A stretch of DNA of 46,415 bases. It comes from Candidatus Falkowbacteria bacterium. GTDB taxonomy: Bacteria > Patescibacteriota > Patescibacteriia > Patescibacteriales > UBA12075. The stretch lies in the NCBI GenBank assembly GCA_003514005.1, contig DOSJ01000005.1:1-46415 (forward strand), given 5' to 3'. Positions 29,553 to 39,311 of the stretch are shown here, piece by piece. How positions within the stretch are numbered: position 1 is the first letter of the stretch; each line of letters begins with the position of its first letter. The position numbers were made by a program, and so were the translations under genes. Below the pieces are notes generated by a model. That model did not search any database. It was given only the letters and a program-made list of their open reading frames with translations, and had not been told where the DNA came from.

Positions 29553-29646
29553 TGGTGCGGTAGGCAGAGGAATCGAACCCCATGTCCATAAATGAACATC
29601 AACTGGGTATCAAACAGCGTCCCGACCATCGGGCAATGCCTACCAC
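29553..29646 (-). tRNA. Non-canonical tRNA-like gene (8/4 allo-tRNA-like, long variable arm, GAT anticodon)
   Basis: Acceptor GGTAGGCA/TGCCTACC, D-arm CCCGA-TGG-TCGGG, anticodon arm GCTG/CAGT, 7-bp variable arm, T-arm GGGG-TTCGATT-CCTC, 3' GCACCA. Confidence 0.75.
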
Positions 29647-29660
29647 CTACCACGAACAGT

Positions 29661-29669
29661 ATTATAACA
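29661..29669 (-). promoter_or_regulatory. Extended -10 promoter for the tRNA-like gene
   Basis: TG-T-TATAAT about 15 nt upstream of the acceptor stem. Confidence 0.65.
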
Positions 29670-29836
29670 CAAAAAAATAACAACCCCAAATCGAGATTGC
29701 TATCTTAGTTGATGTTGGACATAAGAGTCCCACTGTTTGATACCTATGAATATAGTAGCACATAATACACATTATGTAAATAGCAATATTTATCTCTAAA
29801 ATTAAATAAAAAAATTTTAATATTAAATTATTTAAT

Positions 29837-30364
29837 ATGCTATCAATGATCGTCGTTGTCGGCCACAATCGCGAGATTGGCTGTCAAAACAAACTTCTCT
29901 GGAACATCCCCGAAGACATGGCGCGTTTCAAAAAATTGACCACTGGCCATGTTGTTGTAATGGGTAATAAAACATTTGAATCAATCGGACAGCCACTGCC
30001 TGATCGGATAAATCTTATTGTTACAAAAGATGTTGATTACAAAGTACCTGTCGGCTGTCATATCGCGCATTCAATCGAAGAAGCTATTTCCAAAGCCAAA
30101 GAATTATCTCAAAATCCCCCCTCTCCAAGCTTGGAGAGGGGGCAAGGGGGTGAGGGAAATGAAGTTTTTATCATTGGCGGCGGCACAATCTATCGCCTAT
30201 TCATGCCATTGATTGACAAACTCTATATAACCGAAGTCGATGACGCCCCCGAAGCTGACACTTTTTTTCCTGATTATTCTGATTTCAAAAATACGATTTT
30301 CGAAGAAACGCATGAGACGGATAATTTGAAGTTTACTTTTAAGGAATTAACAAGGCTGAATTGA
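29837..30364 (+). CDS. folA: Dihydrofolate reductase with an in-frame palindromic insertion
   Basis: LLWNIPEDM, VVMGNKTFESIG.PLPDR, IIGGG, ADTFFP. Confidence 0.93.
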   Translation: MLSMIVVVGHNREIGCQNKLLWNIPEDMARFKKLTTGHVVVMGNKTFESIGQPLPDRINLIVTKDVDYKVPVGCHIAHSIEEAISKAKELSQNPPSPSLERGQGGEGNEVFIIGGGTIYRLFMPLIDKLYITEVDDAPEADTFFPDYSDFKNTIFEETHETDNLKFTFKELTRLN

Positions 30365-30426
30365 CATCATTACGATTTTATAATATTATTAAATTATAAA
30401 ATTTAGAAATTCATAATTTTAAAAAT

Positions 30427-30726
30427 ATGAAAAACAACAAACTAGAAACTCTTATTCGCATTAAAAAAAATTTTCAGATTACTCTTCCTGGTAATATTCG
30501 CAAAAAAATGAACGTTAGTGAAGGAGATTTTGTTAATGCAACTATCGACAATTTAGGCGGAATAAATATAAGGCCTGTAAAAATGATTGACCCTAGCCAA
30601 GCGTATTATTGGACAAAAGAATGGCAACAAGCCGAAAAAGAAGCTGATGATGACATAAAAAATGGACGTGTTTCCGGACCATTTAAAAACGCAAAAGAAG
30701 TTATTCATCACTTAAATAGTTTATGA
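30427..30726 (+). CDS. AbrB/MazE-family antitoxin
   Basis: QITLPGNIRKKMNVSEGD; stop overlaps the next start. Confidence 0.85.
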   Translation: MKNNKLETLIRIKKNFQITLPGNIRKKMNVSEGDFVNATIDNLGGINIRPVKMIDPSQAYYWTKEWQQAEKEADDDIKNGRVSGPFKNAKEVIHHLNSL

Positions 30727-31001
30727 AAATCGTCCAGATTTTACAATCACGTAAATTCGACAAGCAATACAAAAAACTACCGGATGATATAAAAAAAGCC
30801 TATCAAAAACAGTTAGGTTTTTTATTGTCAGACTCGCAGCATCCTTCGCTTAATATGAAAAAATTACAAGGCGAAGATAATATATGGGAATGTCGAATTA
30901 ACATTTCTTATCGTTTTACTTTTCAATTTGAAAACAATATTATTTATCTAAGATCTATCGGAACTCATAGTATATTAAAATTCCCATTAATATTAAGCTA
31001 A
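30723..31001 (+). CDS. RelE/ParE-like toxin
   Basis: FDKQYKKL, HPSL, WECRINISYR, IGTH. Confidence 0.8.
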   Translation: MKIVQILQSRKFDKQYKKLPDDIKKAYQKQLGFLLSDSQHPSLNMKKLQGEDNIWECRINISYRFTFQFENNIIYLRSIGTHSILKFPLILS

Positions 31002-31007
31002 CTAAAA

Positions 31008-31571
31008 ATGAAAAATAAAAAAATCATCGCCGTAGTCGGCATGTGCGGATCAGGAAAAACCGAGGCGGTAAAATATTTGCAAGAAAAATTAAACTGCCCA
31101 AGAGTATATTTCGGTGAAGTAACTTTTGATCGCATGAAAGAAATTGGATTGGAGTTGAATTATGAAAACGAAAAGATTACGCGTGAAAAAATCCGCCAAG
31201 AACTGGGCATGGGCGCATATGCTACGTTGTCATTACCAAAAATCAATCAAGCATTAGAAAACAACGATTACTGCATAATCGAAAGTCTTTATTCTTGGTC
31301 TGAGTACAAGATATTAAAAGAAAACTTTGGTGATAGTTTTATTACTTTAGCGGTATTTGCATCCCCCACTACCCGGTTTAAACGTCTATCAAATAGAACC
31401 AACGAAAGACCAATGAAATCAATCGAAGAATTTATCCGCCGCGACTATTCAGAGATCGAAAATATCGAAAAAGGTGGACCAATTGCCAGGGCGGATTTTT
31501 TAGTCTATAATGAAGATGGGTTAGATGAATTAAAAAAACAATTAGATATAATAATAATAAATAAATTATGA
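31008..31571 (+). CDS. P-loop NMP/dephospho-CoA kinase-like protein
   Basis: GMCGSGKT; RDYSE...GGPIARAD. Confidence 0.75.
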   Translation: MKNKKIIAVVGMCGSGKTEAVKYLQEKLNCPRVYFGEVTFDRMKEIGLELNYENEKITREKIRQELGMGAYATLSLPKINQALENNDYCIIESLYSWSEYKILKENFGDSFITLAVFASPTTRFKRLSNRTNERPMKSIEEFIRRDYSEIENIEKGGPIARADFLVYNEDGLDELKKQLDIIIINKL

Positions 31572-32125
31572 AGAAAAAAATAATTATCGGTATTATTGGA
31601 GAACAAGCTGGCGGAAAAGGCGCGGCGGCAGATTTTATCCGCAAACACTATGGCGGGCAAAGACTTACTGTTTCCAGTATTTTAAGAAGGACATTAGACA
31701 GCCTACATCTTGATGCCACACGAGATAACCTGATAAACTTAGCGTTGGTTTTGAAAAAAGGATTTGATAAATCAGTTTTAATGCGGGCCATGTTAATAGA
31801 GGTTGAGAACGAAGACTCTGACCTAATAATCGTTGATGGACTCCGCATGCCTGGTGATCCAGATATTTTTCGAGAGGCTTATGAAAATAGTTTTATTTTA
31901 ATATATGTAACCGCAGATCAGCGCATTCGCTATGAAAGAAGTGTTAATCGCGGTGAAAAAGTTGGCGAAAGCGACGCCGCTTTCGAAGAATTTGCGGCTA
32001 ATGAAAATCAAGAAACTGAAAGACTAATAAGCGAGGTGGGAAAAACCGCAGATTACACAATAATCAACAATGGCACAGCCGAAGAACTTGAAGAAAAAAT
32101 ACTTGAAATAATGAAAAAGATATAG
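31568..32125 (+). CDS. Second P-loop NMP/dephospho-CoA kinase-like protein
   Basis: GEQAGGKG; VDGLR; RYERS..RGEK. Confidence 0.75.
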   Translation: MKKKIIIGIIGEQAGGKGAAADFIRKHYGGQRLTVSSILRRTLDSLHLDATRDNLINLALVLKKGFDKSVLMRAMLIEVENEDSDLIIVDGLRMPGDPDIFREAYENSFILIYVTADQRIRYERSVNRGEKVGESDAAFEEFAANENQETERLISEVGKTADYTIINNGTAEELEEKILEIMKKI

Positions 32126-32189
32126 TACAATAAGGCATAATAAAAAAAACATAAGGAGGAGCGCGAAAAAGGCGCTTCTCTTTGAATAT

Positions 32190-33329
32190 ATGGAAAAAAC
32201 AATTGGAAAATTAATAGTAATAGATGGCATAGACGGAGCGGGAAAAGGTACGCAAACGCAGATTTTAATCGATAGATTACTGCAAGACGGCTACAAAGTA
32301 AAAATGGCGGATTTTCCCCAATACGATTCCACGTCATCGGATTTTATCAAAGAGTATTTGAATGGCAAATACGGAAGCGCGGAAGAAGTCGGGCCATTCC
32401 GGGCATCCGCTCTTTTTGCCGTGGATCGCTATGACGCAAGTTTTAAAATAAAAGCTTGGCTAGATGAGGGTTATATAGTCATTTCCAACCGTTACGTAAG
32501 TTCCAATATGGGACACCAGGGCGGGAAAATAGCTGATAAAGCGAAGCGAAAAAAATATATGGACTGGGTCTATGCCCTGGAGTATAATCTTTTCCAGATT
32601 CCAAAACCGGACCTGAATATTATTTTGCATGTTGATGCCGAAATCGGACACAAGCTGGTTGAAAACAAAGCAATCAGAAGCTATCTTTGTGGAGAAAAAC
32701 GCGATATACACGAAGCCGATATTGACCATCTGCGTGCCGCGGAAAAAGTATATCTGGAAATAGCCGAATCTTATCCAAATTTTACTTTGATCGAATGCGC
32801 TGAAAACGGTCAAATACTAAAGCGAGAAGAAATTCATGAAATGATTTGGAACAAAGTCTTGGCTTTGATAGATCCGGAACGACTGCAAAAAAATTCAAAA
32901 GAAAAATTTCAAATAAATATTGAACGTATCTCCCCTATGGCAAAATTACCAAGCAAGGCATATTCCGGCGATGCGGCTTTTGATTTGTATTCGTCTGAAT
33001 ATGTTTCCCTTTCGCCCTGCAACCGCGCGATTATAGCGACTGGAATCAAAATGGCGATTCCAGAAAATTATGCCGGATTAATCTGGGATAAAAGCGGAAT
33101 TGCCAAAAACGGCATCCATGTCCTTGGCGGCGTAATCGATTCGGGATATCGTGGAGAAGTAAAAGTAAATTTAATCAATTTAGGTGAAGATATTTTAAAT
33201 ATTGAACCAGGGCAAAAAATTGCGCAAATTCTGATTCAAAAAATCGAAAACCCGGAAATAATCGAAAGCACAGTCAACGACAAAACAAATCGCGGCGAAG
33301 GCGGTTATGGCAGTTCTGGGTTGTTTTAA
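32190..33329 (+). CDS. tmk-dut: Thymidylate kinase-dUTPase fusion
   Basis: DGIDGAGKGTQ and NRYVSSN, then GVIDSGYRGE, IAQ and RGEGGYGSSG in one ORF. Confidence 0.9.
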   Translation: MEKTIGKLIVIDGIDGAGKGTQTQILIDRLLQDGYKVKMADFPQYDSTSSDFIKEYLNGKYGSAEEVGPFRASALFAVDRYDASFKIKAWLDEGYIVISNRYVSSNMGHQGGKIADKAKRKKYMDWVYALEYNLFQIPKPDLNIILHVDAEIGHKLVENKAIRSYLCGEKRDIHEADIDHLRAAEKVYLEIAESYPNFTLIECAENGQILKREEIHEMIWNKVLALIDPERLQKNSKEKFQINIERISPMAKLPSKAYSGDAAFDLYSSEYVSLSPCNRAIIATGIKMAIPENYAGLIWDKSGIAKNGIHVLGGVIDSGYRGEVKVNLINLGEDILNIEPGQKIAQILIQKIENPEIIESTVNDKTNRGEGGYGSSGLF

Positions 33330-33355
33330 TCACAATTTTTCATAAAAAATCATTC

Positions 33356-33477
33356 GTAGAGACGCAAAATTTTGCGTCTCTACTGTTTTAAAAAAAATAA
33401 TTAATTTGCATTTTTCACATATTTTGCTAATATAATTATATAACATTAATTTTAGACGCAAAATTTTGCGTCTCTAC
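33356..33477. repeat. Pair of GTAG-type REP palindromes before gatB
   Basis: GTAGAGACGCAAAATTTTGCGTCTCTAC at 33356-33383; partial copy at 33454-33477. Confidence 0.8.
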
Positions 33478-33491
33478 GAAAACATTACAAT

Positions 33492-34997
33492 ATGGAATAC
33501 GACATCATAATCGGCTTGGAAATTCATGCTGAATTAAAAACCAAATCAAAAATGTTCTGCGAATGCGATAATAATATAGAAAATAAAAAACCCAATGAAA
33601 ACACCTGCCCGATCTGCATGGGACATCCCGGAACATTGCCGATACCGAATAAAAAAGCGATTGAATGGACTATTTTAACTGGCTTGGGACTTCATTGCAA
33701 GGTTAACAAACTAAGTAAATTTGATCGCAAAAATTATTTTTATCCGGATCTGCCAAAAGGCTATCAAATATCTCAGTACGATTTACCATTTGTTTATGAC
33801 GGCTATCTTGATATTGACGGAGACAAAGTAGCGATAACCAGAATCCACTTGGAAGAAGACACAGGCAAACTTACACATCCGGACAAAAAGAATTACACGC
33901 TCGTTGATTACAATCGTGCCAGTACCCCACTCATGGAAATGGTAACTGAGCCAATAATTAAGTCTGCTGAACAAGCCAAAAAATTCTGCCAAATCTATCA
34001 ACAGATTTTGCGCTATCTAGATATTAGCGATGCTAATATGGAAAAGGGAGAAATGCGTTGTGAGGCCAATGTCAGCATCCAAGAAAAAGGACGTTGGGAG
34101 TATCTTGGCAAATGCGAAATAAAACCGATCGGAGACTACAAACTGAATCCAAAAGTTGAAATAAAAAATATCAATTCTTTTAAAGCAGTTGAGAAAGCAA
34201 TTAACTACGAAGTTGAGCGCCAGAAAAAAGAGCTAGCAAACGGCGACAAGCTAGTACAAGAAACTCGCGGCTGGGATGAAAACAAAAGTGTAACAGTACG
34301 TCAAAGAGTAAAAGAAACTTCGGCCGATTACCGCTATTTCCCAGAACCGGATATCCCGCCGATCAATATCAGCGACGAGATGATAGAAAGAATAAAAGCC
34401 GACCTAATAGAACTGCCTCCCGCAAAAAAACAACGTTTTATTCATCAATATAATTTCACCGCCGAGAATGCAGAGTTGCTAGTCGCTGATAAACAAATTG
34501 CCGATTTTACCGAAGCTGTTATATCTGAACTCGAAGCTTGGATCAATGCCAATGGTGATGATTGGGAAAGACAAAAAAATAAACTTGCCAAAGCTGTTTC
34601 CAATTGGACATTAAGCGAATTATTTAAATATTTAAAAAACGGCAAAACATTAGCAGATTTAAAAGTTGATGCCGAAAATTTTGCAGAACTGATTTGCTTG
34701 GTTTATCAAGACAAAATAAACTCAAGCGCGGGGCAAACTATTTTGCAAAACATGATTGAGAAAGGCGGCGACCCCACCAACATCATGCAATCACTTGGTC
34801 TGGAACAGATGGACAACAGTGCCGAACTTGAAAATAATGTTTTGGATATTATCGCAAAAAACCCCGATCAAGTATCTCAATATAAAGCCGGCAAAGAAAA
34901 TGTTTTACAATTTTTTGTTGGTCAAATAATGTCTGCCACCAAAGGCAAGGCAAATCCGAAGATTGTTTTGGATATATTGAAAGAAAAACTGAAATAA
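33492..34997 (+). CDS. gatB: Asp/Glu-tRNA amidotransferase subunit B
   Basis: IGLEIH, FDRKNYFYPDLPKGYQISQ, YRYFPEPD. Confidence 0.97.
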   Translation: MEYDIIIGLEIHAELKTKSKMFCECDNNIENKKPNENTCPICMGHPGTLPIPNKKAIEWTILTGLGLHCKVNKLSKFDRKNYFYPDLPKGYQISQYDLPFVYDGYLDIDGDKVAITRIHLEEDTGKLTHPDKKNYTLVDYNRASTPLMEMVTEPIIKSAEQAKKFCQIYQQILRYLDISDANMEKGEMRCEANVSIQEKGRWEYLGKCEIKPIGDYKLNPKVEIKNINSFKAVEKAINYEVERQKKELANGDKLVQETRGWDENKSVTVRQRVKETSADYRYFPEPDIPPINISDEMIERIKADLIELPPAKKQRFIHQYNFTAENAELLVADKQIADFTEAVISELEAWINANGDDWERQKNKLAKAVSNWTLSELFKYLKNGKTLADLKVDAENFAELICLVYQDKINSSAGQTILQNMIEKGGDPTNIMQSLGLEQMDNSAELENNVLDIIAKNPDQVSQYKAGKENVLQFFVGQIMSATKGKANPKIVLDILKEKLK

Positions 34998-35032
34998 AAA
35001 ATCATTGTGCAACTTCATACCTATCCTCTTTT

Positions 35033-35192
35033 TTGTCATCTCGAACCGCAGTGAGAGATCTATAATACTTGAATATAAATTTATCATAGTAATATAAAAA
35101 ATTGTGAATTTCAGATTATTTAAAAAATATTCATTGTTAATAATTCTCATATTATAGATCTCTCCGCTCGCTCCGCTCGGTCGAGATGACAA
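35033..35192. repeat. GTCAT-type palindromic MITE-like element
   Basis: TTGTCATCTCGA...GAGAGATCTATAAT versus ATTATAGATCTCTC...TCGAGATGACAA. Confidence 0.75.
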
Positions 35193-35237
35193 AAAAATAT
35201 TAATTTCAAAAAATTATCAGAATAACTAAAAATATTC

Positions 35238-36188
35238 ATGCCCCAAAAAATTAAAACAATCTTCATTGGCACCCCCGACTTTGGCGCTCCGTCTTTGATT
35301 AATCTAATCAATGACGACAGCTTTGACATTGTTTCCATCATCACCCAACCCGACAAAAAAATCGGCAGAAAACAAGAACTAACATCTCCTATTATCAAGC
35401 AAGTAGCACTAGAGCACAATCTTCCGGTTTTACAACCGCAAAAAATCAAAGACATAACTGAACAAATAAAACAGCTCTCCCCTGACTTGATTATAGTCAT
35501 CGCATATGCGCAGATTATTCCTGGGGTGATTTTAAATATCCCAAAATACGGCACAATAAATGTCCATGGTTCACTCTTGCCAAAATATCGCGGTGCTAGC
35601 TGTATTCAGGCGACAATTTTGAATGGCGACAAAGAAACCGGCGTAACCATAATGAAGATGGACGAAAATCTTGACACCGGTCCGATTTTATCACAAAAAG
35701 AAATTACTATCATTGATTCCGATACCTCGAAAACTTTATTTGAAAAATTATCAATTCTTGGCGCAGATATTTTGATACCGACTATCAAAGATTATATCGA
35801 TAACAAAATACAAGCAATACCGCAAGACGATTCAAAATCATCCTATGTCGGTATGCTAAAAAAAGAAGACGGACATATCAACTGGAACCAACCTGCTGAT
35901 AAGATCGAAAGATTTATCCGCGCTATGCATTCTTGGCCAGGAGCATTTTTTAATTATCAATTACGAATTAAAAATTACGAATTAAAAATTATTAAAACTT
36001 CAAATATTTTTTTAAACACTAATAACCATAAACCAGGTGAAATTTTTACGTATAATAAAAAATTATTTATTATGTGTCGAGACAAGGCAATAGAAATTTT
36101 AGAACTTCAACTTTCAGGGAAAGGTCAAATTTCTGCACAATCGTTCTTAAATGGTTATTCAAAATATTTAATAAATACAAACTTATAA
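35238..36188 (+). CDS. fmt: Methionyl-tRNA formyltransferase
   Basis: FIGTPDF, NVHGSLLPKYRGA, LDTGPI. Confidence 0.95.
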   Translation: MPQKIKTIFIGTPDFGAPSLINLINDDSFDIVSIITQPDKKIGRKQELTSPIIKQVALEHNLPVLQPQKIKDITEQIKQLSPDLIIVIAYAQIIPGVILNIPKYGTINVHGSLLPKYRGASCIQATILNGDKETGVTIMKMDENLDTGPILSQKEITIIDSDTSKTLFEKLSILGADILIPTIKDYIDNKIQAIPQDDSKSSYVGMLKKEDGHINWNQPADKIERFIRAMHSWPGAFFNYQLRIKNYELKIIKTSNIFLNTNNHKPGEIFTYNKKLFIMCRDKAIEILELQLSGKGQISAQSFLNGYSKYLINTNL

Positions 36189-36674
36189 TCTAAATATAAT
36201 TATTAATTATTAATTATTAATTGATAATAATAAAAGCACCCACACATTAAAATGTGTGGGCGCTTTAATCCCCATGCTTAGGCAAGAATATTTCAAGTAT
36301 TTATGAAAATACTAATGCCTTACAGAAACCCGCAGAAGAATAAATTCATCCACAAATCCTGTGTCGTTATTATATACAATCCACAAATATTGTCAACCCC
36401 TAGACAAGTGTATTTCCTGTTAATTAAGCCATTTTTTCAGTGGAAAACCCTGTTGATGAAAAATGCATATGTTTTGTATTTTTAACTAATTTAAATACTT
36501 TTAGTTTAATATTAGCCACAAATTACACATAGCTAGTTTTTTCTATAATTCAAGTTTTTACTAATGACAAAATATTATTCTTATGCTAAGATAATTAAGT
36601 TAAAAGCCCAAATAACATATTTTTAAGCATTTTAACGCAAACAGGGCCTGCCCTACGTAGCTTTAGCGAAGTAG

Positions 36675-36746
36675 GGCCCGTTCGTCTAATGGTTAGGACG
36701 CAAGGTTCTCATCCTTGAAACAGGGGTTCGATTCCCCTACGGGCTA
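36675..36746 (+). tRNA. tRNA-Glu(CTC), CCA not encoded
   Basis: Canonical cloverleaf; anticodon arm CAAGG-TTCTCAT-CCTTG; T-loop GGTTCGATT. Confidence 0.95.
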
Positions 36747-37241
36747 CAAGAGTTGATCTTTACAGCATTAATAAACAATTAATACAGGAGGCAGAAATGA
36801 AAAGAAAATTAAACGAATTTATAAAACCCAATTTACGACTTTGTAAAACTGCGGGAATTGCTGTATCTACCATAATTATTTTTTTAGTACTTGTTATTAG
36901 CGCATTTCATGTAATACATATTTATGGCAATTATCTTCTTTTTGGAAAATGGATAACATTAGCAGAACTTTACCACAGAGATTTAGTCGCAATCAATTTT
37001 GAATGGAATCTATTTATAACCGAATCAGTTGTTTGGATTGCTGGCTCTATCATTCTGCTTTACTTGAAACACAGAAATAACAAATACACGATATCCGAAG
37101 AAGATTTTAGTCATCCATATTAAAAACCTGATTAAGCATTTCTTTCAGGAATTTGATTCAATATAAGATTCTTCATATGTACACTGCATTCACTTATATT
37201 GTCGATTATCACCTCTTAGATTTCCCCTACGGGCTACAAGA
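36732..37241 (+). mobile_element. Mini-islet bounded by a duplicated tRNA-Glu 3' end
   Basis: TTCCCCTACGGGCTACAAGA at 36732-36751 and 37222-37241. Confidence 0.65.
36797..37123 (+). CDS. Small membrane protein
   Basis: AGGAGG RBS; two hydrophobic segments. Confidence 0.7.
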   Translation: MKRKLNEFIKPNLRLCKTAGIAVSTIIIFLVLVISAFHVIHIYGNYLLFGKWITLAELYHRDLVAINFEWNLFITESVVWIAGSIILLYLKHRNNKYTISEEDFSHPY

Positions 37242-37270
37242 AAAGTTAACAATTAAAAAAGGAGGTATAA

Positions 37271-37495
37271 ATGAGGTATATATTTCAAGCCATTGTAATG
37301 ATTGGGGACTTATTATTTTGGGGAGCAATGATTGTATGTACTTTTTTCGCATTGCAAAATATTAATCTACTTCCATTCATTGTTTTGATTATGATCATGG
37401 GTTATAAATCATGGAAAAATTCCGGTTCTTTCATGGCATGGAACAAAGAAAACCAAATAAAATTCCTAAAAAATGCTAAAAAATTTGGTCTTTAA
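37271..37495 (+). CDS. Small membrane protein
   Basis: AAGGAGG RBS; hydrophobic N-terminal half. Confidence 0.65.
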   Translation: MRYIFQAIVMIGDLLFWGAMIVCTFFALQNINLLPFIVLIMIMGYKSWKNSGSFMAWNKENQIKFLKNAKKFGL

Positions 37496-37576
37496 TTGGT
37501 ATTAAAACAAAAAACCCGTCATCGCAAATCGCTTTGACGGGTTATTATTTTATATTGAATCAATAAATTATTCACA

Positions 37577-39310
37577 TTATAGTTTCTCCTTCTTCTTATA
37601 CCCCGTATGCAAAACCCCATGCTCTATCGTTTTCCCCTGCCCCTTCAACCAGACCAAAACCTCAAGCGCTTTTTTATTTTCATAAGATTTACGAAAGCTT
37701 AGGCTTTTATCCAGTTTGTACAGTGCGTCCATACGTTTCTGCCGAATCTCCGGAGTTGTCGGAATCGGCTGTCCGCCGCCGCCGATACATCCGCCCGGGC
37801 AGGCCATTACTTCGATATAATCATAATTTTTTAGATTGTCTAGCATACCTTTTACGTTTCCAATACCGTTTACGATTGCTACACGCAATTTTATTCCCGC
37901 AACTTCAACAACCGCTTCTTTCAAGCCGGCTAGTCCCCTCACATCTTTAAAATCGATTTTTGATTTGCAGATTCCGGTTTTTTTATCACCGCAAGCCATG
38001 ACATGCGCTGTCCGCAATGCCGACTCCATGACGCCGCCGCTTCCGCCAAAGATTGCGGCCCCGCCGGAATATTCACCAAAAGGATCGTCGGCGTGACTTG
38101 GTTTGATTTTTGCAAAATCCACTTTATTCTTTTTCAACATGAATGAAAACTCGCGCGTAGTCAGAACATAATCAACCGGAAACTTATCGTCTATTTTCAT
38201 TTCCAGACGGCTGGCTTCGTATTTTTTTGCCGTGCAAGGCATTATCGAAACCACGGTAATTTTCATTGGATCAATTTTCATTTTTTCCGCCCAAAATGTT
38301 TTTATGAGTCCGCCATTGTGAATCTGTGGTGAGCGCGATGTCGTTAGATTGGGAATCAAATCAGGACGATAGAGCTCGACATAATTCACCCAACCCGGAC
38401 AACAGGATGTGATCATGGGCATTGCATTTTTTTTATTACCCGGATTCAGGCGTTCGATTAGTTCTTTGGCCTCAACAATAGTCGTGATATCAGCGCCAAA
38501 ATTCACATCAAAAACATAATCAAAACCAAGCGCGCGCAAGCCCGCTACCACCTGATTAGTTACGATTGAACCATGTGGCATGCCAAAATCTTCACCAATC
38601 GATACGCGGATCGAAGGTGCGAATTGCGCGATAACTATTTGGTCGGGATTAGCTATCTCTCTTTCCACCTGTTTCCAGTTTGCCTGTTCCTGCGCGGAAC
38701 TTACGGGACAGTGGACAGCGCATTGTCCGCACAAAATGCATTTTTTATTCTTGTTACTGCTTGGTACTATTTCTTGGTCAGCGCCCTTGCCTTTTATTTC
38801 TAAATAATCAATCTTTTGCAAAAGCGTACATGCGTCAACGCAATTGCGGCAATCAATGCATTGTGTGCCATCAATTTCTACCGCATTGGCAAAACGATAG
38901 GTTTGCCGATTGGCTTTTCGATCGTTAAAACGGGTTAATTTAAGATCAAATTTCTTGGCATACGCCAAAAGCTTGCATTCAAAACGCCAAATACAATCCG
39001 CGCATTTCTCAATATGCTCGGCAAATATCAATTCCAGATTCGTATTGCGCGATTTTTTTACCCTATCATTATCAGTCGTAATTTCCATACCGTCTTCCGC
39101 GATAGTAGAACAAGAGGTTGCCAAATTCCGTCTGCCCTTTATTTCTACTACGCAAAGTCGACAAGTCGAACGAGCCTTAAAATCCGGATGTCCGCAAAGC
39201 CCGGGAATACTGATTCCGTTCTTCGCGGCAACTTTCATTATCGTATCCCCTTGTTCACAGCTATAATTTTTTCCGTTAATGCTAATTTTTATAACTTTTG
39301 ATTTTACCAT
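37577..39310 (-). CDS. hydA: [FeFe]-hydrogenase group A catalytic subunit
   Basis: H-cluster motifs TSCCPGW, MPCTAKKYE, EVMACPGGCIGGGGQP; N-terminal 2Fe-2S, His-ligated 4Fe-4S and 2x4Fe-4S Cys patterns. Confidence 0.93.
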   Translation of the reverse strand: MVKSKVIKISINGKNYSCEQGDTIMKVAAKNGISIPGLCGHPDFKARSTCRLCVVEIKGRRNLATSCSTIAEDGMEITTDNDRVKKSRNTNLELIFAEHIEKCADCIWRFECKLLAYAKKFDLKLTRFNDRKANRQTYRFANAVEIDGTQCIDCRNCVDACTLLQKIDYLEIKGKGADQEIVPSSNKNKKCILCGQCAVHCPVSSAQEQANWKQVEREIANPDQIVIAQFAPSIRVSIGEDFGMPHGSIVTNQVVAGLRALGFDYVFDVNFGADITTIVEAKELIERLNPGNKKNAMPMITSCCPGWVNYVELYRPDLIPNLTTSRSPQIHNGGLIKTFWAEKMKIDPMKITVVSIMPCTAKKYEASRLEMKIDDKFPVDYVLTTREFSFMLKKNKVDFAKIKPSHADDPFGEYSGGAAIFGGSGGVMESALRTAHVMACGDKKTGICKSKIDFKDVRGLAGLKEAVVEVAGIKLRVAIVNGIGNVKGMLDNLKNYDYIEVMACPGGCIGGGGQPIPTTPEIRQKRMDALYKLDKSLSFRKSYENKKALEVLVWLKGQGKTIEHGVLHTGYKKKEKL

Positions 39311-39311
39311 T

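Noticed and set aside
29553-29646. Selenocysteine tRNA
   Set aside because: Anticodon loop is centred on GAT, not TCA; T-stem is 4 bp; no sel genes in the window
36303-36485. 60-aa ORF upstream of tRNA-Glu
   Set aside because: No RBS or recognisable motif; likely a chance ORF in AT-rich intergenic DNA
37153-37365. 70-aa ORF spanning the att-like repeat
   Set aside because: Overlaps the better-supported 37271-37495 gene and lacks an RBS
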